Shown here: piece after piece, positions 10,801-24,502 of the stretch
Layout of the letters: each line of letters starts with the position of its first letter
Position numbering within the stretch: the first letter of the stretch is position 1
Source: Podarcis pityusensis
Taxonomy: Eukaryota
Assembly (NCBI GenBank): GCA_964106645.2
Contig: OZ067045.1
Length of the DNA stretch: 64,000 bases
Direction: 5' to 3' (one strand)
Position numbers and translations under genes: made by a program
The notes under the pieces: model-generated
The model's database searches: none
What the model was told of the DNA's origin: nothing
Seen by the model: the letters and a program-made list of their open reading frames with translations, nothing else

Positions 10801-13800
10801 GTTAGGGTTGCAATATTTCAAAAAGTAAAAACCAGGACACCCCGAAAGTTGTTGATCCAGGACAAAGTGATGCCTTTCGGAAATCCCCCCCCCCGATGTC
10901 AATTCCGCATTTGAAATCCGGTAATGTCCGGGGAAATCCAGATGTATGGAAGCCCAAGTCAGACAGCATAATGCAAATTCTTGTTGCCCCATTTAAACAG
11001 CACATACAGCCTGCATTGCACAGGATATGCCGTTTGGATAAATCTATCCAAATTTATGAATCAAAGCTAATCAGGTCTATTCAGTGGGTCTACTCTGAGC
11101 AGGACTAGCATGGGATACAATCCAATGACTTTCCCATCATGTTTCCAGACAGCAGTTCCCTTGCACTGCTGAGATGAGGTGTTGAAAATGGATATCATCC
11201 ATGGGATGAACTTCAAGCAACCAACTACCCATTCTCATAAGATTACCACCACTTTGTGACATTTATATACAATAATGCAATGTAAAAACTTAAGACCATC
11301 CAAACCTATACATTTTACTCAGTGTATATTTTTTCAATGTATTTTAATTAAAGATGTTCTTGTTTTACAAAAGTATACTCAGTGTATAATTATTGACAAA
11401 ACATAACAATCATATAGTAACTCCGAGAAAATGATATACTGTATTATACTGAAAAAGCCGGTAAATGCAGCTTAACAGCTCCACGCAATTTACAAAAATG
11501 ACATTACCAACAAACACTAAAACAAAATGGTTTCTAAATACACAAACAAAATGCGCTGCATATTGAAAGTCTGAAGAAAAAGTTGCTGGTGTACGGCAAT
11601 TTCCCTATTTATGTGGAAATTGCTCCATTTGGTTGCGTATTTTTAATGCTTTATTTATTGTTTATGAATACTTTTGTTATGTTGCAGTTATGTGTTTTTT
11701 TCATGTTGTAAGCCACCTTGAGCATGGTTTGAACTGTGGAAAGGCAGCATTCAAATAAATGGCGCATGTATTCCTGTAGGTTAGGCTGAGAGGTGGTGAT
11801 TGTGGCCTAGTTAGTGGGGATGCAAACCCTGCTTCCAGGTCTTAGTCTGACACTCTAACCACTACACCTCACTGACTCTTGGTTAACTAAGTTCTCGAAC
11901 CACTGAAATTAATGAACCCAAGTTAGTCACATCCATCACTTTCAATGGGTCTGCTCTGACTAATATTGGCCCCAACCCATCATTTCCCTCTGTAGAGGGA
12001 ATGGCCGGTTCGAACCCTGAACAGGATCACGAAGGAAGATGCACTGCTACTTTTTGTTGCAGATCTTGCTTGCCTTTCATGTTGCCACTTGCATTTCTTT
12101 TTTTAATTATGTGACATTTTGAGCAACAGTTTCTCTTGTGGAAAACTGACATCTACAAGCCTCCATCTTTTCCTGGCAATCGATCTTGGTATCATGTCCC
12201 TGGGGCCCAGGGCTCCCATGGGGAGCCATCAATTTTCCAAATGCCCGTGTTCAAATCAGCGGCTGCCGACACCACCACTTCCAACGTTTGCACTTTTGCA
12301 GAGACAAGCGTTCCTTAGAAAGCCCGCTGCTTCCTTCTTCAAATGGCCTCTCTCGACACCGCGCTGGGAACCTCTTGACTCAAATTCCCATCTGGTGTAG
12401 AAGTGGAATCACCTCCTGCAATTCCACTCCCCCCCCCCGCCCCAGCTTGTTGTTTTGTTGCTGCTGTGCTGGTTTAAGGTTAATGTTTTACTGCTTAGCT
12501 GAAGCCAGAACACCAGTTTCCTATTACAGTTCCTTTTTTGTCCCTTTGGCCTGTGATTGATTCCAGTGGGTTTTGACTAGCGTTCACTCTCCCAAAGCTA
12601 AATCATGGCAAAAAATGTGGCCCGGTGCATGTAACACGGGGAGAGAGTTTTGTTAATGTATAACAAAGCGATTCCATGAATAAATTTCTTTTGTCACCGC
12701 CGAGGTCACTGAGCTTTCATTCTGGGAAGCTGTTCACTGCTTGGCTGTATGCATCTTCCCCAAAGAGAACGCACGGATACACTGATCATGTACTTTTGAA
12801 CTAGACGAATGGAAGATTACATCTCACTTGGAGTGGGTGTGCAGTGCATAGAAGTCTGGGATTTCGGCACTAAAAAGCAAAACATTTTACAAGTCGGGGT
12901 GGGTGGGTAGGTAGAAAAACATAAGTAAATCCTGCCTTTCTCTCCGCCCCCTGCCTTGCACAATATTAGGAGATGTTTGCACTACTCATTCTCACCATAT
13001 TTGCATCTGAACATCAAGGAGCTGTTTTCTCGTGTCTGGCTCTCAATTTTGGTTTTTCCCAGTTTCTCATTTCCCCCCATCTCCAGCTCAGTTCTCTGCA
13101 CCCCCACATCAGTATGCGATTTTTAATTTTTTTAAAAAAAACCAAGTCCTTGTTATGCACACTTGCACATGTTTTTATTTGTACATTAACTGCATTGCAA
13201 AATTCAGATAAGTGTGACTTTTGGATGGTTCTGTTTCAGTTTGTGTATTGTTTCAGAAAGTGTGGATTTGCTAAATTTCTGGGCACAGTGAAATTGGATT
13301 TCTCCCTCATTCCTGGTTATAATTCATGTGCCTCTTCTAGATGTTTCAGCACAAACACAAACAAATGTTAAGTTTAGAGAAATGTCCTGCAGCCTCTGAC
13401 ATTGCCATGTCCTGTCACCTTGTTCTCTCCTTAGGACCACAGGTCACTTCCAGGTGTTCTCTGTTTATTGAGCATTAAGACTGATTGGATTGCAGAGAGG
13501 TAAGGCAATGTTGCAAGTGTTAACCCACCCTTTCCAAGGCATTTGCACAGCGTTTTTTGGTGATCTTTCAGGAAAGGGGGTTTGTTGTACAAGGGCCCCA
13601 AATCAATTTGATTTGCACATCCTGAATTTTCTGGTATGTGGTTCAATCCCACTTGAAAATAGTGACAGCTTGGAAGACCCCATAGTTGAACTTTTTTAAA
13701 AAAAAGTAGGAATGTGTACAAGATTACACATTGATTATCAGCTCTCACCAATAGGTATCTTATAGGGCTGTGCACTGGATCCACCCGAATCCCAAACTAA

Positions 13801-16800
13801 ATTGCTCTAATTCAGGTTGTCCTGTGATCTGGATTGGATTGAGCCAACCCTGACTGCACCAGGATGGATTAGATCCACCCTGAGTGAACTCCAAAAGGGG
13901 GTGGTCTGGTGGTGAGGAGAGGGAGGGAGAAGGCGACACACGGGCTACTTGGGTGTACCTTCTTCTCCCTTCCAGACTTCACGGCTTAAACCCTAAGTAA
14001 ACACTGCAAAGCTCTGAATTAGTTCAGGGCCTGGATCATGGTCAGATCAGCCCCAGCTGATCCTAGGAGAAATCAGGATGGCTCCTAAGCACTGGATTGG
14101 GTCCCAAATTACATTTGGGGTATGTGGGTGCATGCATAGGCCCAGTATTTTCTTTTCTTCCTGGCACCACAATCTCTGCTCCTTCGGCTGGTAGAAAGGA
14201 AGCAAGACTCGTTTATTTGTTTTTTTGTTAAAAAAATATTTTGAAGATGTATATAATTTATTTATTACGAGGATCTCTGCTCTGCTTTTCTAATACAGAG
14301 GTAGTAGTCATACACCCAGTTGCTCACAATTATTTAAATCACAATAATCCAAAACAGTGAGGAGGAGAAGGAAAGTTAACATGGCAGAGAAAACAGAGTG
14401 GTCCAGGAAATCATAGGCTGGCAAATCAAAAAGCTGGCAGAAGGCAATTAGAAAGGAGCCTCCAGAGTCTTGTGGGGCAATACTGGTGCAGTCACTTAGA
14501 AAGTCCAAACCCTATACTTCGCACACTGCATGGTGTACCCTTCAATCCATTGTATGCATTTTGCATCCATTACTTGGCTGGAGAACTGCCTTGCGAAAGT
14601 TGGAGAAGCTCAAATTTCAAAGGATGGTTGTGTCTCAATTCACATCTTATTTTGCAAAGTGTGAATTTGGTTGTTTTCATTTAAGTATGAGCTTACCCCT
14701 CACCTCTGCCTTGCAATCATTGGAAACCTTACTTTGGCCCCTTGTGGCTTCTGATGCACTGTCAATATACACTGATTACATTTACAAGCTTTCAGGCATA
14801 ATCTCATGTTCCCTAAATATTTATTTTTTGCTTTGTTTCATTCGTCAAAGCTGAAATTCACTTTGATGAGCTTCTGCAAAAGCTCTAACCCTAATCTAAA
14901 CTAAAAGGGCAGCATTAGAGAGAAGCTATCTGCAACGACGTTTTCATAGGAAACTGGATCCAGCCTCCAAGGAGTGCACTACAGCTGTTGCTGTTATTGT
15001 GGCAGTGGCGGCAGTGGGTGATGCATTCCTTGGAAGCCAGATCCACTGTCGCTGTACATCCTGCCACCCAAGGTGATCACCTCACCTTGCCTCATGTGTG
15101 TGCCGGCCCTGGTTACTACCATGTTAGTACCATGGAAAAGGAAGACGTGGGCTTGAGCTGTTAAGAGTTTGCTATGTTTTTGCTATGGTCATATCCGAGC
15201 ATGGTTTTGCTTTTTTGCTTTTTGCAAACAGCTTTGAGATTTTTAGGAACGAACAATGTATAAATTTTATGAAATAAAGAAAGTTTGTGGTTCTCTTTTT
15301 TAAGTCCTCATGAAAATCCACCAGCATTTCAGTGCAAATTTCTCCTAATGTACATTTTTGTGTATGCATGATTGCCTAAAATGCACAATTTTTTTTGCAA
15401 AGCATCTATTAGTTACATTCTGCCTATTTGTAGGTTACTCCCCCCAATATATGCATATTTATGTGATCTTTACCGCAGTGTATGAAATTTGGTACACAAT
15501 CCCTTGCTGGAAAACAGCATGGCAAAATTCAGAGAAGTGCGAATTTCAATTGTCAGTTCTTCGATTGTTTCAAAAATGTGAAATCGGTAGGTTCGTCTTT
15601 AAAGGTCATCTGAATAGAATTTCTCCCCCATCCCTAATGAAGACATTTTCATGTTTGGAAACAGAAGGGTAAAAGACACCAAAAAGGAATCTATGAGTGG
15701 AAGGAGCCAGCAGAGGTAGTCGCCTAATTCTCTTTGTTATCAAGTGAAATGACTCCACAAATATGACAATAAATCACTCCAGAAATCAATCCGTGTTGGA
15801 GGCAACTGCTCCATGCTGATAATGCATCAATCAATATTTAATGTTTACACTTTAATTAATCCACACGTAGGAAGCATTCTTTCAGTGACACAAAAAAGCG
15901 ATGAGAAATAAAACACCTTTGATATCAAAGAGGGGACAGCCGCCTGCCTATCTGTTAGGCTTTGATTGGGAACTCAATTGATCATTGCAGCCTTTTCTCC
16001 TCTCTTCCCCCCCACCACCTCCAGTTGCCGCAACAGCAGCATCACACAATGTGACATTTGGTTATAAAATAAACACCGTCTTGTTGCAGAGTGCAGGAGA
16101 AAAGAGACAGGAGGAACAGAGGCTTCAAAAATCTAATTTTGGGTCATTGCGACTTCTTTGAAACTAAAGTGCATCTCCAAATAATGGCTTATCTTGTAGG
16201 GGAGACATGGAGAGAAGGTAGTAAAAAAAGAGGCAATGTCCCCAAATTTGTGCCAAAGAGCTATTTTAAGCGATTTCTGATCAGCAAAAAAAATAAAAAT
16301 GGGATGATGGGAGATGTGGTCCACTATGGAGGGCACCATGTTGGTCACCCCTTCTGTTGGCAAATAGGGAAGCTCTATGCAAGTCTACTCAAGAGTCAAC
16401 CATACTGAGTGCAGCAGGGCACACTCTCAGCAGATTTGTACTGCAGATGATGTGAATGCTCATTTTAAAAGCTATTAGTAGATGATACTTTTTATCATGC
16501 TTGCCTCTGTCTTTAGTCCATGGAGGCCTTCTGAAATAATAATAATTGTTACATTTTAAGGGGCTACAGTGCTATTGAGGGGCAACCCTATACATGTCTA
16601 CTCAATATTAAGGTCAATGGAGCTAGATCAAGCGCCAGGTACTTTGGCTCTCCATATGTTGCTGAACTACATCTCCCATCAGCCCCAGCAAGCATGACCC
16701 AATGACCAGGGATAATGGGAGTAGTTGTTCAGCCAAATGCTCCCCACACTGATGGGCCAGCGGTCTGGTGCAGTACAAAGCAGCTTCTTCTGCTCTGACA

Positions 16801-17165
16801 AGCAACTGGAAAAGTATTGTTGCACAATCAGTTACACTGCAGTCCTATCCCACTTACCTGGGAGTAAGCTGGGGGATAGGGCAGCTCCATCAGGCCTTCT
16901 CTCCCCTCAACTGTCACCTGAGGGCAGTGATTCCATCAGACTGCCTCAGTGGGAGAGATAGAAAGCAAGAGATTCACTCCACCAGCTTTGCTGAAACTCC
17001 AGCTCCATCAAATACTTCCTACATCTGAACTGTGCCAGCAGGTCATTGTAGGAACAACTGTTTAGAAATTGGTGTCTGAGTTTTGATTTTTATATTCCTG
17101 TTGCCTCCCTGTCACTTTTCTCTTGTGTGTCCTGTTCTTTTAGAGTGCAAGTCTTGTTTTGATTA

Positions 17166-17388
17166 CAGTGGTACCTCAGTTTTCGAACGTCTCCATTGAC
17201 GAATGTTTCGGTTTTTGAACACCGAAAACCTGGAAGTCAATGCTTTGGTTTTTAAACACTCTTCAGAAGTCGAACATACCACATGGCTTCTGTATTGAGG
17301 CTTCCATATTGAGTTTTTGGTTTTCGAACGTTTCGGAACTCGAACAGTCTTCTGGAACGGATTATGTTCGAAAACCGAGGTACCACTG
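17166..17388. mobile_element. Tc1/mariner-superfamily (Tigger/pogo-like) MITE
   Basis: TIRs CAGTGGTACCTCAGTTTTCGAAC / GTTCGAAAACCGAGGTACCACTG. TA TSD on both sides. Repeated internal TTCGAAC motifs. Confidence 0.92.
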
Positions 17389-18647
17389 TATATGTAAGTT
17401 GCTGTGTGAGACTTTTTGGCTCAAAAGCAGGATACAAATGCTCTACGTAAGTTAAGAAGCCACACTGGAATGAATAGGTCTTACGTCTGAGTAGACATAG
17501 TTGGGATTTTGCTGTTAGCTGCACAGTTAAATTCCATTGATTTTCAGCAGAGCTGAAGCGCTACTCACTTTCTCTCTGGATTAGGACCAATGGCTTTGGA
17601 GAAGAAAATGCTGTGCCAGTTAAGAACATATGACATTTTATGCCAGTGGCTCCACTTAGCAGAGAAAGATGCCAGGAAAAGGGCTGATATTTTGGCATTC
17701 CTGACAGTAATATTTATTAGGCAATTTAGCTCCAGCAAAGTTATGTTTTCAGTTATATTTGGTTGGGTGCCCAGAGGTCTAATTTATAATAATAAAATAT
17801 TTCCAAAGCATTGGCCAAACTCAACTGGGTTCAACTTCTACTTCCTAGCTAAAAAAATTAAAAAAGGTGTACTGCTTTAAGACTGCCTGTTGCAGAAGTT
17901 GCTGATATTTGTTTTATTCAATAAAAAATGCTCCCCATTTAAACAGACAATCTATGTTTCATTCTTAAAGCACTCCCCTCAAAGGATGAGCAGTTGCAAA
18001 ACCACTTAGAATCATAGAATTGTGGAGTTGGAAGGGACTCTGAGGGTCATCTTCTCTCAGGCACTTGATGATTTCTAAACAAAAACAACAACACACACAC
18101 CAAATGTTGTTGCCTTTTCTCCAAGGGGAATTGCTCCAACCTCTTGATCATTTTGTATGGTGGGTGCGCCATCTTGTCTTTTTGCCTCAGGCAGAAAAGA
18201 GCCATCAGTTCATAAGGGTATAAGAAGAACCTGCTGGATCAGGCCACTGGCCCATCTCGTCCAGCACTGTCCTGGCTCTCATCCCAAATGCACCAAGAGA
18301 GGCTCTTACGTGTGCATAAGAAAGAAAGCTTTATTCAAAGCTTACAGTGATTCAGGTCAGACTACAGGGACGTATCACCATGACTACAGGTTCAAGAATG
18401 ACATCAGCGTGCCAATGCTGCAGTGATGCACACAAGAACTTCCTGTTCTCAGAGTGGCCAACCAGATGCCTGTGGGAAACCCGCAAGCAGTGGGTTTTGA
18501 GAAATGTGCAGTCTTGACAAATGGACCTGCAAGACATGGCACACTGACTTGCAAGACTTCCTCTCTCTACAGGACTGGTGCACTTCTCTAAATAGGGGTT
18601 TAGGTCCACTGCCAATGGTGGAGGCAGTGCTGAGAAATTGACAACAT

Positions 18648-18665
18648 ATTATTATTAATATAATA

Positions 18666-18696
<31 letters not shown>

Positions 18697-19250
18697 CTTC
18701 TTCTTCTTCCCCCCCGCCCATCTGGCTGGGTTTCCCCAGCCACTCTGCGCGGTTTACAGCACATAAAAAATTGTAAAACATTAGACATTAATAATCTCCC
18801 AATACAGGGTTTCCTTCAGAGATCTTCTAAAAGTCAGATAGTTGTTTATTTCCTTGACATCTGATGGGAGGGCGTTCCACAGGGCAGGTGCCACGACCGA
18901 GAAGACCCTCTTCCTGGTTCCCAATAACCTCACTTCTTGCAGTGAGGGAACCACCAGAAGGCCCTTAGGAGTTGGACCTCAGTGTCCGGGCTGAACGATA
19001 AGGGGTGGAGATGCTCCTTCAGGTATACTGAACTGAGGCTTTAAAGGTCAGCACCAACACTTTGAATTGTGCTCAGAAACGTACTGGGAGCCAATGCAGG
19101 TCTTTCAGGACCGGTGTTATATGGTCTTGGTGGCCACTCCCAGTCACCAGTCTAGCTGCCACATTCTGGATTAGTTGTAGTTTTCAAATCACCTTCAAAG
19201 GTAGCCCCGTGTAATACGCATTACAGTAGTCCAAGCGGGAGACAACCAGA
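18648..19250 (-). mobile_element. L2-clade LINE 3' fragment with (GAA)n tail
   Basis: The minus strand reads LVVSRLDYCNAYYTGLPLK...QNVAARLVTG...HITPVLKDLHWLPV...FKVLVLTFKA with stops. The 3' end CTGGGGAAACCCAGCCAGATGGGCGGGG is followed by (GAA)n. Confidence 0.9.
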
Positions 19251-20069
19251 ACACGAACCACTCCCCATGAACTTCCCCAGCCACTCTTGGGGGGGGGGGT
19301 TACAGCACAATGAATGTGAAGCAATGCTCATTGAGGCATTGGGAGGGAGGAGTGAGATCCAAGGCCATACAGAGAGACCTGGAGGGCTGCATTTGCCTCC
19401 TAGGCCTGAGGCACTCCACCGTAAAGTAACATTACATCCTCGTATACACCTGAGTTGAACATGATGGTGGCAAAGCCATTTGCTTACACCAGACAAACAA
19501 AACAAGCAACTATCTCCACCCCAGGAGCAAAACACCATTATTAAATGCCAAGAATATCATAGACTCATAGAATTGTAGAGTTGGAAGGGACCACAAGAGT
19601 CCACCACCCTCTAAATCTCTAAATGACCTCTAAATATGTCTCTGTGTGGAACCTAACTAAGGCTCCAATCCTAACCCCATTTACCCCGGACTAAGCCACA
19701 CAGAATTCAATAGACATGGTTATGATTCCACTGTTAATCATGCTTCAGGTAGACCCACTATAATCAATCAGACTTAAGTCAATGAGTCTACTCTAGGTGT
19801 GGCTAAGTCAGGTTCCAACACTCCCTCCCCCTAAATTCAGCTTTCAGGATATTTGTGTCCCTAGATTTGCATATATGACTCCTCCCTGTCTATCAGGTTG
19901 AACTCTCTGTGAATGCCTCTAATAATAAATGCCATCTCATGCTTGCTGAAGCAGGTGGAAGAATCATTTCACTATTAATTAAACATTGCAAATGTATTCC
20001 TGACCAGTCAAACTATACATTTTTGGAAACAAGAAATACAGAGATAAAGTTGGGTTGTTGTTTGTTTGT

Positions 20070-20262
20070 TTACTGCATTTACACCCCACCATTTTCTCCA
20101 AGGCGGAAATTTAATCCCGACAGCAACTGTGTGAAGTAGGTTAGGCTGAGAGGCAGTGACTGGCCCAAGGTCACCCAGTGAGCTTCATGATTGTGTGGGG
20201 ATTTGAACCCTGGTCTCCCAGGTCCCAGTCTGACAAGCTAACCACTACTTGACACTGGTTCT
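20070..20262 (-). mobile_element. MIR/CORE-like tRNA SINE
   Basis: GGTTAGGCTGAGAGGCAGTGACTGGCCCAAGGTCACCCAGTGAGCTTC...GGATTTGAACCC...AACCACTAC. Related copies lie at about 11780-11880, 21115-21230, 22680-22885 and 58680-58825. Confidence 0.75.
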
Positions 20263-22257
20263 CCTGGCTGCTTTTGTAAATATAAGTCATTCAAAGATTG
20301 CTCTTTGTCAGTGACAAACAGAAAGTACTTAGTGTAATTATGATAGCACCTCACTAAAGCTCGGATGATGGCCGTAGGTGATTGAAGCTATAAAATTTCC
20401 AGAATAGGAACAACGAGTCCTGTGAAACTAATGAAAACAATTGCCAACTTCCTCACTGCAAACTCTGACTTTTAACAAGGGTTGCATTTCTTTTGGACTG
20501 CCAAAAAGGAACGCTTTATTTGAATGTAAGTCAGGTCTCCAGGAAAACGTTATTAAGTAGTATTGTTTTTGAAAAAGAAAACAAGTAAAAAGAAAAATCA
20601 AGCCAGGTTGCACAAATGACTGTATAATTAAAATATTTCTATATCCAGCTGGTCTCAGACTGTCTTTTATGATGGCATAACCCAACGGTGCAAATAGAGG
20701 CATGCTCAATAGCCAGCTATGTTCCCTGGCTGGAGTCACTGCCTTGGAATCAAGTGAATGGGCAATGGAAAGGTTGCTCTGATTCAAGCTAGACATTTGC
20801 TTGTTTGCTTGTTTGTTCAAAAAGCATATTCTGCCAATTGGCCCTGCAAGGTCTCTTGAGGAAGTTAACAATACAGTGGAAAGTGCAACTGATTTATTTT
20901 TTTTAAAGCCAAAATAAATAATTTCAAAAACAAAACAACAGCAAAAAAGGTACTATCAGAAAAAGGAAGAACGAGAGATAGTGTGGTGTAGAGGTAGCAG
21001 AGGCAGCCAAAATCCTGCCCCCCATTGTCTCAGACCAATGGCCAAGCTGGTAGTGGGGCTGATAGTAGTTGTAGTCCAAAATACCAGGAGCGCATCTTTG
21101 TGGCTCCCCTAAATGGATAGACTGGAGGGACCAAGGTTCAAATTCCTGCTCAGCCACTAAGCCCACAGGGTGAGCCTGGGCCTGCCATGCCCTCAGTCTA
21201 ATCTACCCTACAGGGCTGTTGTGGTGAGTGCTATTTCATGACCCTACTCTTGTTTTGTTTTCCATCAGGCTTGCTAAAGGCATTGCCCAGAGATTATCAG
21301 ACTCCAATTCCCACCACCCCTGACCTTTGCCCTTGCTGGCTGGGGCTGATAGGAGTTAGAATCTGACAATATCCTGAGGGAATCACATTGGCTAGCCTTG
21401 CATGAGGAAAATCTGGACAACTTTGGGTACTTATTAATGGAGAACGGTGGAACCCTAATCCCAGAAAGATAATAAACTCTCTTTTTTGTTGTTGTCCTTT
21501 CGCTCTGCAAGGATGACAAATGGAAGACTTTCTCATTACTTATTAAGATGTGGATACATTCTTTGTATATTGAGTTTCTTCATAGACTTTGAACTCTTAT
21601 CCCTCATCGTTCTATTTCGGAGGCAAACATCAAAGCTATGTGGTCTTAACGGAGCTACTGACGAGAGGATGCCTTTCAGAGAATATTAATGCCCTCTTGA
21701 AGAGCCGAGCTCAGAAGGGGGTGGAATCCCCTAAAGGACCAGTCTTGGGAGTCTGAACAGTACAGAACTGCTGTAGCATGATGGATAGATCAGCTGTTCT
21801 TCTTTTTTTAATGTGCAGTTTTACTAAGGCAGAAGACTGGAAGTGCTGGTCATTTGAGTGGAACACCAACCATGCCAATTCACAAGGCACACGCTGTAGA
21901 AACAAGATTCACCAGTGATGCTGAGTCGGCAAAAATGAACATAGCATAACAGCAAAAAAAGGGGGGGTGAGTCATTATTAGATCACATGTAATATTTATA
22001 CCATGCTTTTCTATCACAATAACACTCAAAGCAGCTTACATTACAAGTCTCCTCATCCTCACATTTCCTCCCAGGAGTTCAAGGTGGTGTACATGGTTCG
22101 ACCCTCTCTCCACAGTACCCTCACAACAACCCTCCCACACCTACAATTACCAGAGTGCCTTAAGGACCAACCCTTCTTCACAAGGAACTCCAGGAACTGT
22201 AGCTCTGTGAGGGGAATAAGGATTGCCAAAAAACCTCTCAGTACACTTACAACAGTT

Positions 22258-22583
22258 CCGTGGCATAGCATGGGGGGGGGGCACAGGGGCGGTTGTCCCG
22301 GGTGCAAAATTGTTAGAGGCACAAATTTTTCACACCCAGTGCTGTCTCAATACAGCTGCATGCTTCCGTCGCTGGGTTCCATTGAAAACGGCTTCTAAAT
22401 GCAAACCAGGAAGTGACCTCTCCAGACAATAGAATGACTCTTCTTTTCTTATCTCTGTGGCTGAGATCTCCAGGGTGACACAGACATCATTAGGCAGTTG
22501 AATGTACTCTGTGCATTCCCCTTTCTCCCTGCCCCCACTCCTCTGTGTAGCCCTGGGCACTGGCAACCTGCGCTATACCACTG
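22258..22583. mobile_element. Older hAT MITE related in its termini to 892-1342, nested in a palindromic MITE
   Basis: Termini CCGTGGCATAGC / GCTATACCACTG. Degenerate 8-bp TSD CAACAGTT (22250-22257) / CAACAGCC (22584-22591). Confidence 0.7.
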
Positions 22584-23706
22584 CAACAGCCCCCAGGATT
22601 CCTTAGGGGAAGCCATGACTGTTTAAAGCAGTATCTTAGTGCATTCAATATATGGTGTGAATGTGGCCTCAGATTTATGTATTTATTGCATTTATGTCCC
22701 ACCTTTTCCTCCAAGGAGCTCAAGGTGGTGTACTTAGTTCTCTTCCTCCCCATTTTATCCTCACAATAACCCTGTGAGGTAAGTTGGGCTGAGAAGTAGT
22801 GACTGGCCCAGGGTCTCCCAGTGAAATTTGAAGCTTGGTCTCCCAGGTCCTAGTCCAACACTAACCACTACACTGCACTGTCTCTCAATGCACCTAGTGA
22901 CACCCGTCTATATCTATTTCTGCCACCACCACAATTTGCCATGCTGAGCCACTTATCATGCCTGCCTGAAATAAGTGAAGTGAACCTTCCTTTTATGTCA
23001 GCCAAATCTGGAGCGTCCACCCTGGAGACAGAAGAGCAGGAAATATGATGGTAGCTTTTGCAGAAAATGTTCAAAAGTAATGAGATGGTGCATTTTTATT
23101 CAGGACCACGGCGGCGTGCTTTATTTCAGCAGGCAGAAAACAAAACTGGGATGTGATTGATATCCTTCTGACACATCAGTCTTTCTGACTGACTCAAACA
23201 GCGTTGGAGATGTGGGGAATTGACAGCAAAATGCAGCCCAGTTTGCACTGCTGTTGTTCCCTTTTATTTGTAGCAAGACAACACACTCAGGGAAACCTTA
23301 AGAGGGAGAGGGCATATCAAGAACCAAAGCCCATCTGACACAGTTTGCCACAAGAAAAGTGAATGTCAGTATGCACAATGTTTCTTATCACACTTTCCTC
23401 CTGCGATGCTTCCTTGTGAAATTTCCATTTTTAACAACAGTCACAGGACACTTTAAAAATATGAGCGAAAATCATTCAGTTCTTTCCCTGTTTTTGAAAG
23501 GGGCTGAGGCGGCAGAGAATGAAATAACAACTCGAGTTGCCTGCTTGTGGACTTCTCATAGGCGTCTGGTAGGCTACAATGGCCACATTTACACCATATT
23601 TAAAATGCTATGACACTATGTTAAAGAGCCATAGCTTCACTCAAAGAATTCTGGGAGTGGCAGTTTGTTAAAAGTGCTGTGAATTAAATGACCCCTATTT
23701 CTCACC

Positions 23707-23947
23707 CCTTCTGCCAACCTAGCAGTTCGAAAGCATGTCAAAGTACAAGTAGATAAATAGGTACCACTCCTGTGGGAAGGTAAACGGCGTTTCCGTGTGC
23801 TGCTCTGGTTCGCCAGAAGAGGCTTAGTCATGCTGGCCACATGACCCGGAGGCTGTACACCGGCTCCCTTGGCCAATAAAGCAAGATGAGCGCAGCAACC
23901 CCAGAGTCGGTCACGACTGGACCTAATTGTCAGGGGTCCCTTTACCT
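23707..23947 (+). mobile_element. Sauria SINE (lacertid type), 5'-truncated
   Basis: CTGCCAACCTAGCAGTTCGAAAGCATG...AGATAAATAGGTACC...GCTGGCCACATGACCCGGAGG...GGGGTCCCTTTACCT tail. 11-bp TSD TATTTCTCACC at 23696-23706 and 23948-23958. Confidence 0.92.
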
Positions 23948-24284
23948 TATTTCTCACCACAGAGCTACAATTCCCTGGGAAGAGGGATTGACTGTTAAAC
24001 TACTCTTGTTTGTAGCCCTGGAAGGGGAATAGGGGTCTGCTGTCAATGGAGGCTTCTTCATTGGAGTTAGTCACTCTTATCTACTATATAGTGATGGTTC
24101 CTTTATGAATCTGCCTTAGTTCAGTAACTTACAGGTGTAAAACATTCCGGGTATTTCCAAGGATGCAACAAAGATGAACCAATCTGCCCAAAGATTGTGA
24201 AAAAGGACCAAAAGAAGAAGATGTTTTAATGTCATTTAGGTAGTTTGCTTTAAGTATGGAAACTAGGCATGTTCTATCCTTATA

Positions 24285-24502
24285 TTAGAAGAGAGGCTAT
24301 TCCAACTAAACACTAGGAAGAACTTTCTGACAGTAAGAGCTCATCCACAGTGGAACAGATTACCTTGGAAGGCAATGGACTCTCCTTCATTGAGCAGAGG
24401 TTGGATGGCCATCAGACAGGGATTCTTCAACTGTGAATCCAGCATTGCAGGGGGTTGGGCTAGATGGCATTTTGTGCCCCTTCCAATGTCACAATTCTAT
24501 AA
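24285..24502 (+). mobile_element. CR1 LINE 3' end
   Basis: CTAAACACTAGGAAGAACTTTCTGACAGTAAGAGC...GGGGGTTGGGCTAGATGG...CCCTTCCAATGTCACAATTCTAT is a typical CR1 3' terminus. Short antisense CR1 tails also occur at about 18008-18050, 19555-19600 and 55887-55950. Confidence 0.8.

Noticed and set aside
18449-18788. Poly-Glu and poly-Arg ORFs
   Set aside because: They derive from the (GAA)n tail of the L2 fragment.
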